The notes under the pieces are model-generated. The model ran no database searches and was not told the DNA's origin. It saw nothing but the letters and a program-made list of their open reading frames with translations. From NCBI RefSeq assembly GCF_001194135.2, contig NC_068992.1:54320030-54383502 (forward strand): a DNA stretch of 63,473 nucleotides, given 5' to 3'. The translations under genes were made by a program, and so were the position numbers. This DNA comes from Octopus bimaculoides. Taxonomy: Eukaryota. Below are positions 53,418 through 63,473 of the stretch, in pieces. Numbering within the stretch: the first letter of the stretch is position 1; every line of letters starts with the position of its first letter.

Positions 53418-53503
53418 GTACGAAAAAGATTGAAGTTCCATCGAATTTCGAGCAACTGCGTGCTAAGTAGATGTGATAAACACAACACCATGGGACTGAG
53501 AGC

Positions 53504-53908
53504 TGTTCTTCGTAGACACAATACACCAGCGATTAACATATTCTCGTTCGAATCTGCCGGAATGTATTAAGAATGAGTATGCATGAATATGAATATATAC
53601 TAGAGCTTATAAATATACTAGAGTTTTATTTGTCATATGACTAGTAATTTTAGATGTATTCTTTCATCAACCTGTGTAATAGCAAGAATCATTACATGCT
53701 TGCAATAATTGTAATTTAATCTTTATCAAATTTCTTGGTCATTATACAAAATGATGAAATGAATATTAATTTTTGGACAGAAAAATATTGTCTTCAAAAA
53801 TAAAATTTAATAAAAGAAAGCAATAACGTACATTCTCATTCTTAATACGTTCGGGCAGATTCGAACGGGAATATGCTAATCGCTGTTGTATCATTTCTAC
53901 GAAGAACA
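53504..53908. mobile_element. MITE-like element with 77-bp inverted repeats
   Basis: Gapless inverted match of 53504-53580 to 53832-53908 (9 mismatches by my count) around an AT-rich non-coding core. Confidence 0.8.
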
Positions 53909-54708
53909 ACTTCATATTGTTTCATTTGTATAACTCCTCCTACAAATATGAATCATTGACTCATTGACTATCTTTTTCTTTGCCTCATCGTCTGCCTCTG
54001 TGACATTTTTCTCTTTCACTGTGAATGTATTTTAAGCGATCTTTTACTCAGTGCATGCCACCAAGCTTACTATGTATACTCATCCTGCACCTCATACGTT
54101 AACTCACGCTGTATATCTGTAGTTTTGTGACTAAGAACGTGTTATTGCATAGTGAAAATATTTGGTTACAGTATTTTGAATGCACATTTCAGGAAATAAA
54201 CCTTTATCAAATAAGAATATGAAAAATGCAGGATATGCTTCGATTTCTGAACAGGGCAATGTGTTGTGTTCTTGAGCGAAAACACTTCATTTCTCGTTTC
54301 TCCAGTTCAATCAGCTGGCAAAAATGAGTCAGAATGTGGGGAAATGGCCTTATAATCCTATGGATCAAGAAGGACCATTGATTTTTTCTTTTCTTTTTAC
54401 TTCTTTTTTTATTTTTGCTTTGAAATGTGAAGAGAATTTTCATTGAGTAAATGAAGGAACGTCAATGTTGTAGCGCGAACTACAAGAAATAGCTGTTAAA
54501 TTCTTTTAGACGAAACCCATTTGTTTCAATAAAAGGATAATTTGAATAAGATACAGAAGGCTGCAATCTGAGAATAAAAGTGGGCTGTGAAGTTCAGAGC
54601 ATGAAGGGATTTGATTAAAGATCTATTTGACCAGGGCTGACCAGAGGCTGCAATAACAATTGCAACAAAAACTATACCCACCCCGCGCCAAAAAAAAATC
54701 ATGCAAAA

Positions 54709-55395
54709 GGCGCAGAAGTGGCTGTGTGGTAAGTAGCTTGCTTACCAACCACATGGTTCCCGGTTCATTCCCACTGCGTGGCACCTTGGGTAAGTGTCTT
54801 CTACTATAGCCTCGGGCCGACTAAAGCCTTGTGAGTGGATTTGGTAGACGGAAACTGAAAGAAGCCTGTCGTATATATGCATATGTGTGTATATGTTTGT
54901 GTGTCTGTGTTTGTCCCCCCAACATCGCTTGACAACCGATGGTGGTGTGTTTAAGTCCCCTTAACTTAGCGGTTCGGCAAAAGAGACCGATAGAATAAGT
55001 ACTAGGTATCCAAAGAATAAGTCCTGGGGTCAATTTGCTCGACTANNNNNNNNNNATTCCCACTGCGTGGCACCTTGGGTAAGTGTCTTCTACTATAGCC
55101 TCGGGCCGACTAAAGCCTTGTGAGTGGATTTGGTAGACGGAAACTGAAAGAAGCCTGTCGTATATATGCATATGTGTGTATATGTTTGTGTGTCTGTGTT
55201 TGTCCCCCCAACATCGCTTGACAACCGATGGTGGTGTGTTTAAGTCCCCTTAACTTAGCGGTTCGGCAAAAGAGACCGATAGAATAAGTACTAGGTATCC
55301 AAAGAATAAGTCCTGGGGTCAATTTGCTCGACTAAAGGCGGTGCTCCAGCATGGCCGCAGTCAAATGACTGAAACAAGTAAAAGAATAAAAAGAA
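54709..55395 (+). mobile_element. SINE family B; 279 bp repeated across a 10-N gap (likely assembly overlap)
   Basis: 54767-55045 is identical to 55056-55334. Confidence 0.85.
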
Positions 55396-57200
55396 ATATA
55401 TAACCAGGTGGAATTATATAATTTTTCAATAATAGAAATAGTAATCAGCACACCTGTAGATCTTCCCAGAATGAACACGATTACTTTTCTGGTTTAGGAA
55501 CTGGTAATGCTATTTTTTAATAAGCAATTGAAGACTGCGTGACGTTATAGTAATACTACGTTTATTTTCATCCTAAGATGCTATTTCTTTTGACGTATAT
55601 TCTGAAAGATATCTGCAGTATAAGGAAAACTGTATTCAATATTATATAAAAACATATATATACAACAAAAATATGATATCCGGATTGAGCTTCATTGAGT
55701 CAAAATTTCAATTCAATGAAAATACTTGCAATATTCTCGTTTATGTGAGAGTAACTCTACTAGCAGCAAGTAAAATAAGTTGGCTATAAAATATTCTAAG
55801 AAGGAAAAAAAAAATGAATTAAATAGTTCTTTTTATGGATTGGTTAATTTTTATAGATTTTCTTCCTAAATATGTCAAACAAAGCGTCTCATGCACAGTT
55901 TTTTTTATGAAGCTAAAACTTCTAAGAGTTTTGAATGCTTCCGAATGACCTTTAATATAGATTTAAATCTAGCATAAAAATATCCAATATGAAATAGATA
56001 TTTATAACAACAGACTTTAGCAAAACGTCTATGTTCTCTTATAACAGAACTGTTAATGTCATTTTTGATCGCGTTATTCTTTTGTTGTTGCTGCTCAGCT
56101 TTAGGTCAGACCTCATCGAGAAGACTTGTGATCAAAGGCGATCAAACTGTGACCATCAAATATTTTCGTGTAGCAAGGCCATATTGTTTAATATAACTCT
56201 CTTTATTTTAGACAATAAGGTGAGATTTGAGGATAGCTTGACTGCTATTTCTAGCTAGTCTAATAACCATGTAGAAGTGTCTCTAATATAGTGGTGATGA
56301 TGGGGTTGGGGATGCTGAGGATGTTGGTGATGGCGCTAGTGGTTAATGTTGGTGTTGATTGTGTGTGGGGGGATGATGTCGGCTGTGGTGATGATGGTGG
56401 TTGTGATGTTGGTTGTGATGTAGTGCTGGCGGTGGTGTTGGCGGTGGTAGTGGTGCTCCTGGTGCTACTGCGAGTGATGTAGGCATTGGTGATGTTATCA
56501 GTTTTGTCGTTGCTGCTGCTGCTGCTACTGCTACTGCTGCTGCTGCTGCTACTGCTACTGCTGCTGCTGCTGCTACTGCTGCTGATGGTTGTTTTCATGG
56601 TGCTGTTCAGTCTTAGATCAGCCTTGATCGACCATGCTGATTTGAGCCGATGTATCAACTTAGTGAAGATGCCAAGTTGTGATTTGAACTTTCGATTACA
56701 ATTTCTACGTCGAACAACTGTGCAAAAACTTACCATTCTCATGAGCTCCTTCTTCCCTACCCCACCCCACCCCAATATAAACCAGTTATCTCCACGCGTA
56801 TTTCTCCCGGAAACTCATTTCAACTGAAAACACAGACACTGAAACCAAATCTTTAACTAACAGATTATAGACTATACAACAACTTTAGGTAAGCATTTCT
56901 CCTAAAGAGTGGATCATATATCTCGTGAATATTTGCTGTTTACACATCAAGAACTACTCAAAGTAATATCTGAACCGTCTTTTAATAGGGGCAATGACAA
57001 ATTTTTAAGCCTTTTAGTTTGACGTGCTTCATGTAAGTGAGTCAACTAATACATATATCAGCACCGTTACTTGTCTTGAATTTAAATTCGATAATGAAAC
57101 CAGTTTTAAGAGGCGAACGTTTATTCCCTGCAAAGCAATGAAACGATGGAAATTACATCTAAAATACAATAAACCAGTCAAACGTTTATGTAAACATTTT

Positions 57201-57512
57201 GTGGCTGAGTGAGCAAAAAGTTTGCTTCCTTCCCAACCAAATAGTTTCAAGTTCAGTACCCTTGCGTAGCAACTAGGCCATGTGTTTTTTTACTATAGTC
57301 CCGAGCCGACGAAATCTTTGAGAGAATTTGAGAGACGCAAACTGGGATGTGTGTTTGTGTTTCCGTGTTTTGACATCGCGTGATAGTAAATGAGTGTCTC
57401 TGAGATACAAGCTGTTTCATTCATTTTCATTATTCTTTGAAGACATGTTTGGCAATGGAGAAACGTTACCTTGTTTGGAAACGAAGGTTGGCTACAGGAA
57501 GTACATCCAGTA
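57201..57512 (+). mobile_element. Chimeric SINE: B-type head with a D-like tail
   Basis: gtggctgagtg..ttcccaacca..actatagtcccgagccgac (B head), then ttaccttgtttggaaac..gttggctacaggaagtacatccag (D-like). Confidence 0.55.
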
Positions 57513-57755
57513 GTGTCTGGGGTTGTAACACAGATTTCAAAAGATATTACGATGAAAGATAACTTGCTCCTGAGATCAAGCTTCGTAATGAACTTGCTTC
57601 TAGGGATCAAGCTTCTTAAAAAGAAATAACTAATCTGCTGCAGCATATCTGGACTATAGAAAAGATGGTTTATCAATTAAGCAATTAATACAGTTTTCAG
57701 GGATTCTAATTATGATGAGTGTGGACGGGTTTGCATTTAAGAGTTATATATTTAT

Positions 57756-57950
57756 GTATGTGTACATGTTTGTGTGTCTGTGTTTGTCCCTCCAACATCT
57801 CTTGACAACAGCGGTTCGGCATAAGAGACCGATAGAATAAGTACTAGGCTTGCAAAGAATAAGTCCTGGGGTCGATTTGCTCGACTAAAGGCGGTGCTCC
57901 AGCATTGCCGCAATCAAATGACTGAAGCAAAATAAAAGAGTAAAAGAGTA
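57756..57950 (+). mobile_element. SINE family B 3' half with an internal deletion
   Basis: tgtgtttgtccctccaacatc...gcggttcggc...aaggcggtgctccagc...taaaagagtaaaagag. Confidence 0.85.
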
Positions 57951-58070
57951 AATGTAAATAATGTACATAATTCCTCATCTCTTAAATATAGAACTGCAGT
58001 AAATATTCCTTCAAATCACATTGTGTGTAACCCTTTTTTTCAAAGATATATATATATATAGGAAGTAGGA

Positions 58071-58388
58071 GCACTCCATCGTTTACGACGACGAGGATCC
58101 CAGCTGATCCGATCAAAAGAACAGCTTGCTCGTGAAATTAACGTGCAAGTGGCTGAGCACTCCACAGACACGTGTACGCTTAACGTAGTTCTCAGAGAGA
58201 TTCAGCGTGACACACAGTGTGACAAGGCTGGCCCTTTGAAATACAGGTACTACTCATTTTTGCCAGCTGACTGAACTGCAGCAACGTGAAATAAAGTGTC
58301 TTGCTCAAGGACACAACGTGTCACTGGGAATTGAACTCACGACCTTACAATGGTGAGCTGAATGCCCTAACCACTAACCCACATCCCT
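58071..58388 (-). mobile_element. SINE family C2, full length
   Basis: Colinear with 44104-44411. Confidence 0.85.
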
Positions 58389-58392
58389 TCAC

Positions 58393-58443
<51 letters not shown>

Positions 58444-58804
58444 NNNNNNNNNNNNNNNNNNNNNNNNNNNNNNNNNNNNNNNNNNNNNNNNNNNNNNNNN
58501 NNNNNNNNNNNNNNNNNNNNNNNNNNNNNNNNNNNNNNNNNNNNNNNNNNNNNNNNNNNNNNNNNNNNNNNNNNNNNNNNNNNNNNNNNNNNNNNNNNNN
58601 NNNNNNNNNNNNNNTGTTTGTTAAACAACGAGAACAAAAAAAAATAGAATATGAGCTTTGCTTTTAAATACGAAAATCATTTATCAAAAACTAGCGGTGA
58701 AAAACAACAGAAGTATGCTCTGACCAACTGGTTCTCCTAATCGTTATCGATTCATCGTCAAAGCCACTTCACAATTCTTATGTTGCTATTATAGGCTTGG
58801 AATT

Positions 58805-59005
58805 AAGCGGCGAGCTGACAGAATCGGTAGCGCATCGGATAAATTGCTTAGCGTCATTTTGTCCGCTTTTACAGTCTGAGTTAAAATTCCATCGCAGTCG
58901 ACTATGCCTTTCATCCTTTCGGAGTCTATAAAATAATTACCAGTTGAGCACTGGAGTCAATGTAATTGACTTACCCGTTTCTCGGAAAATATTGGACTTG
59001 TGATA
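58805..59005 (+). mobile_element. SINE family A
   Basis: aagcggcgagctgacagaatcggtagc...gtcgactatgcctttcatcctttcgg. Confidence 0.8.
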
Positions 59006-59896
59006 CCAACATGGGTTTGGGATGTTTGGAGATGACAACCTTACATCGGTTGTGCCTTATGTGGAAAATCTAATATTTCATAAAAATAAGTAGGTGAAAT
59101 ATGCCATCTACTGTAGATAGAGGAAAAATTGATAAAAATGTTAGAATAAACGATAATTCCAAATTTGTATCAGAATTATTGAGAAAATGTATAAAATCTT
59201 TTCCAATGTAGCATATGTTTAATGGTTGAACAAATTCTAACATTTGTCTGTTAATATATTATATAGCTCACTGCGTAACATATATCATTGAATATAAGTA
59301 TATATTACCTCAAAGCGTTTTATGTTTCTGCTTTGAAATCCATAATATAATGATAATGAGATATGAAGAAATTCTTCAATGGAGGATTTCTTCAGGCATG
59401 CTGTTCCGTTTCCTTAATAATTAGTGTTGGCCCAAAACCAGAAATACCAACCCGAAATACGTAACCCAGTAATTGGATCTTGGCACTTCAAACTTTCTAA
59501 GATTTAATTCTGGATCATTAATACAAGGGAAAGTCAATTTTATTGACGAATTTAAGCAGTTTAGGAGTTTTACAATAGACTACTGCAATAGCTTGCTATG
59601 TAATGTGTAAAATTTCTCAATTAGTTTTATGGGAAATTTTATACAAACTATGAGATGAACAACTACTGATATTTTATATCTCTCGGCCACTGAATTATAT
59701 TTGCCTCCAGTCAACATAGTTAGCAACTGATACGTAGTTTAAGTCTCTGAAATTTTATTTCAGATAATAAAATAGCTTCTGTTACACGGTTTACCTTTTG
59801 ATTAGTCCATCATATACAATCCTTTTGATTCTATTTAAAAAGAGAATTTCCTGCGTAGAAGCAAGTCTCTAAATACAAATCATATCATATTTACCC

Positions 59897-60190
59897 TTCA
59901 AATAAACTAGTTGATTAAATCCACCAGCCAGTCAGATCGTCTGCAGTCCTTCAAATACACTCGTTGATTAAATCCATTAACCAGTTACATCGTTCCTTCT
60001 GCCTCAAATACAGTCTTTGATTAAATCTATTCACTACTTATATCTTCTGAAGTCCTTCAAATACAGCAGTTCATTAAATCTACTAAGTTAGATCGTCGGC
60101 TCTCCTATAAACACAGTAGTTAATTACATCCATTATCCAGTTATGTCCTCTACTAGCATTCAAATCCACCAATCAGTTAAATCTTCTCTA
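59897..60190. repeat. Degenerate 53-bp minisatellite (about 5.5 copies)
   Basis: ttcaaata.a...gttgattaaatc units start at 59897, 59950, 60003 and 60056. Confidence 0.8.
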
Positions 60191-60579
60191 GTTTATACAG
60201 TATTATTCAGGCACTGACAACGTTTGTTTTGCTCTACTTTTATTTACATTGAGCTTTTGAAAGCCATCTAAGTAGATAAAAAATTGAACACTGAAATCGT
60301 TAATATTTTGTGTATTAATATTCATGATCTTCCTGTTCTAAGGAGAGTTGGATGCTGCATATCTGGTGCATGAAGGACAGAAGATACGGCAAGTGAAAAA
60401 CGCTGATTATGTTTGAGATGAAGAAATCTGGAACGAGAAACTAAATTGTATATAAAATAACCGCCAATTTAAAAAAAAACCCACCAGAACGAAATTAATA
60501 AAGACTACGTTTGATAAAATTCAATCAGATAACAAACACAGAACGTGCTAAAAAGTAAACGAAAAGCATTATCCATCTT

Positions 60580-60785
60580 CTAAGCGAATACAGTATACGA
60601 GAACAAAAACGGTACAAACACAGCCATGAGTGTATCGGTGAAAGACTCTATTGGAGTAGTAGAAAATGTGTTCAGAAATGACAGAAAAATGGTATGAACA
60701 CGAACTAGAAGTTTATCGAATTTATCCATAGAGACTGAGCACATTATTGAAGGGAGACCAGATATGGTTGTTGAGGGCAAAATAA
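60580..60785 (+). mobile_element. Old R4/Dong-type LINE fragment (Zn-knuckle to restriction-like endonuclease region)
   Basis: Across frameshifts: QKRYKHSHECIGERLYW..RK / TEKWYEHELE / SIETEHIIEGRPDMVV, matching the Y..RH....HW, EKWYEH and (I)QTD..I..RRPD motifs. Confidence 0.65.
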
Positions 60786-61182
60786 TTAAAAATCTTTGAA
60801 ATCTTTAAAATCTTTACTTTGAGTAAAGTGGTTGCGAAAGAAACTGAAAGAATGTATCTATGTATCAAAAGTAGATGCATACATCTTTCGATTTATATAT
60901 CTACTTTTCTTGCGATATGATAAACATTTAGAAACACAAAACGAACGCCGTCACCACTCACTGTCTCATTCACTCTCTCTTTCTCTCTCACTCTCTCTTT
61001 CTTTCTCACTCTCTCCCTTTTTCTCTCACTCTTTCTTTTCTCTCTCACTCTCTCTCGTTCTCTCTTACTTCCTCTCTGTCCTCCTCTCTCTCGCTTTGCC
61101 ACTCACTTCTTTAGTTGAAGTGAGTGTGACACACACCACAGGTACGTACAAAAAAGAACAAGTTGGCATATTAATATTATTG

Positions 61183-61245
<63 letters not shown>

Positions 61246-61249
61246 GTAA

Positions 61250-61450
61250 TGGCAGAAGGCCAGCCATTTCAGGGAGGGGATACGTCGATTATATCAACCC
61301 CAGGGATCAACATCTACTTATTTTATCGACTCCGAGAGGATGAAAGGCAAAGTTGACTTCAATGGAATTTGAACTCAGAACGTGAAGACAGACAAAATGC
61401 CGCTAAGCATTTTGCCCAGAGTGCTAACGATTTTTCCAGCTCTCCGCCTT
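61250..61450 (-). mobile_element. SINE family A embedded in (AAT)n
   Basis: Complete antisense copy, with (AAT)n on both sides (61188-61245 and 61451-61612). Confidence 0.85.
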
Positions 61451-61471
61451 AATAATAATAATAATAATAAC

Positions 61472-61524
<53 letters not shown>

Positions 61525-61545
61525 CAACAACAACAACAACAACAG

Positions 61546-61612
<67 letters not shown>

Positions 61613-61613
<1 letters not shown>

Positions 61614-62544
61614 GTTGCTGCACAAGACCAAAGCCTCCCCACCAGAAATTACCAAAAACATATAATGAAAAGAAACATNNNNNNNNNNNNNNNNNNNNNN
61701 NNNNNNNNNNNNNNNNNNNNNNNNNNNNNNNNNNNNNNNNNNNNNNNNNNNNNNNNNNNNNNNNNNNNNNNNNNNNNNNNNNNNNNNNNNNNNNNNNNNN
61801 NNNNNNNNNNNNNNNNNNNNNNNNNNNNNNNNNNNNNNNNNNNNNNNNNNNNNNNNNNNNNNNNNNNNNNNNNNNNNNNNNNNNNNNNNNNNNNNNNNNN
61901 NNNNNNNNNNNNNNNNNNNNNNNNNNNNNNNNNNNNNNNNNNNNNNNNNNNNNNNNNNNNNNNNNNNNNNNNNNNNNNNNNNNNNNNNNNNNNNNNNNNN
62001 NNNNNNNNNNNNNNNNNNNNNNNNNNNNNNNNNNNNNNNNNNNNNNNNNNNNNNNNNNNNNNNNNNNNNNNNNNNNNNNNNNNNNNNNNNNNNNNNNNNN
62101 NNNNNNNNNNNNNNNNNNNNNNNNNNNNNNNNNNNNNNNNNNNNNNNNNNNNNNNNNNNNNNNNNNNNNNNNNNNNNNNNNNNNNNNNNNNNNNNNNNNN
62201 NNNNNNNNNNNNNNNNNNNNNNNNNNNNNNNNNNNNNNNNNAGACCTGGAAATAGAGGTAACTCGAATGTGGAATCTAAAAACAGAAACAATTCCTATCA
62301 TAGTAGGTGCCTTAGGTATAATAAAAGAAATATTCAGACAAATACATAACAAAAACACCAGGACTTACAAATATATATAACATACAGAAAATTGCACTAC
62401 TGGGCACTGCACACATCCTACGCAAAACACTTTCAATACAGTAACCATAAGAGCATCACAGCAAACCACAGCACATACCCAAGGCGCACAGAGCTGCGCT
62501 CGGTAGTGAAGTGAAAGCACATTACAAAAATAAAACTATTGAAC

Positions 62545-62545
<1 letters not shown>
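61613..62545 (+). mobile_element. 5'-truncated R4/Dong-type LINE (restriction-like endonuclease C-terminus) in (AAT)n; contains an N gap
   Basis: VAAQDQSLPTRNYQKHIMK before the gap; DLEIEVTRMWNLKTETIPIIVGALG, then +1 frameshift to TPGLTNIYNIQKIALLGTAHILRKTLSIQ*; short 3' UTR ending gaac(aat)n. Confidence 0.85.
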
Positions 62546-62581
<36 letters not shown>

Positions 62582-63473
62582 TTGAACGCTAACTTTATCC
62601 CAGTTGTTTTCTCCTGATCATGCACTTTGTTGTATTTAGGTATGCATATATACCGTTGCCGAAATTAAGGATAGAAACATTAGAACTTACATTTAAATGA
62701 CGAATTTTCTAAACTTCTACTACAAAAGGGGAAAAAAATCACCGGCATTTCGTATCTATTGCCATTATACACCTTATTTCTGCTGACACATTTTATGCAT
62801 TCCATAAAGCCGATATTGGCCAATCATAACGAAGGACTTCCTTTTTGATTGAGGAAATTCATTTCTTTTGATTACGTAAACAAATACATTCACTCTGTTA
62901 CATTCAGCTAAACAAGTAAGAACAAACAAAAATTAAAAATAGTTTCTTTATATTCTAATGTTACTTCCAATAGTTCTTGAATTTTAGTTATATATTTGTG
63001 TTGTTTTCTTGTTATTTTGATTGCAGCTTTTATTGCACTTTTTTTTTCAGTCAAAATTCCTGGCAGCAGAACTCTTTTCACCAAATTTCACTTGGTCGAA
63101 ACGAAACGAACTACATCGTGTCTATCGGAATAGTAGATGCCAGTTGGCAGGCTAGATTCTAAGAAAGTAGGTTTCCTATTCAAAATAAGACACCATATCA
63201 ATCTCAAGAGACATTATTCATACAATGTGCATGTCTTTACCGAAGACACTAATGGAAACGTACTTCCATTCTACGTTCGTGCTACTGAATCTTATGGAAA
63301 AGGAATATCAAACTAACTAAATAAATGACAAAAACAAAAGAACAATAATGCCGCTTCAGAAATAGCAGCGCTATTTTTCTCAGTAAAACTATTCAAGCTT
63401 CAAGCTGTTTCTTTTTTTTTCCTTTTCTGTTTCGAGTATTGCTTCTGTTCTATAAATTGTGTTTGCTTGTGAG

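Noticed and set aside
54767-55334. Two identical 70-aa ORFs and an apparent tandem SINE duplication
   Set aside because: A 279-bp exact duplicate on either side of a 10-N gap is a typical unmerged contig overlap, and the ORFs are antisense SINE sequence.
59897-60190. Regularly spaced repeats as a CRISPR-like array
   Set aside because: Whole units are degenerate copies with no unique spacers, the context is eukaryotic, and there are no cas genes.

Overview
Repeat-saturated, AT-rich animal genomic DNA from a gapped short-read assembly, with N gaps that mostly open at (TA)n arrays. The tRNA-headed SINE families and the very high microsatellite load point to a coleoid cephalopod, most likely Octopus (inference). 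No complete gene can be built, and almost all listed ORFs are microsatellite or N-gap artefacts. The best host-gene evidence is a + strand terminal exon (22252-22355) encoding a GPI-signal-like C-terminus, possibly preceded by a 10-nt microexon. The rest is a catalogue of retroposons: several modular SINE families (labelled A, B, C, D, F here), Penelope-like RT/GIY-YIG fragments and a hammerhead-like terminus, an RTE LINE fragment, and three R4/Dong-type LINE pieces. DNA-transposon relics include a Helentron-type HINE, mariner ends and a MITE. The most interesting structures are: Dong-type LINEs and SINE-A sitting head-to-head in (AAT)n arrays at two independent loci; a SINE inserted into another SINE's B box, forming a ~180-nt hairpin; a 390-bp fold-back; a pre-miRNA-like hairpin; and CpG-decayed SINEs on the left versus CpG-intact SINEs on the right. 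I see no clearly novel protein-coding system.
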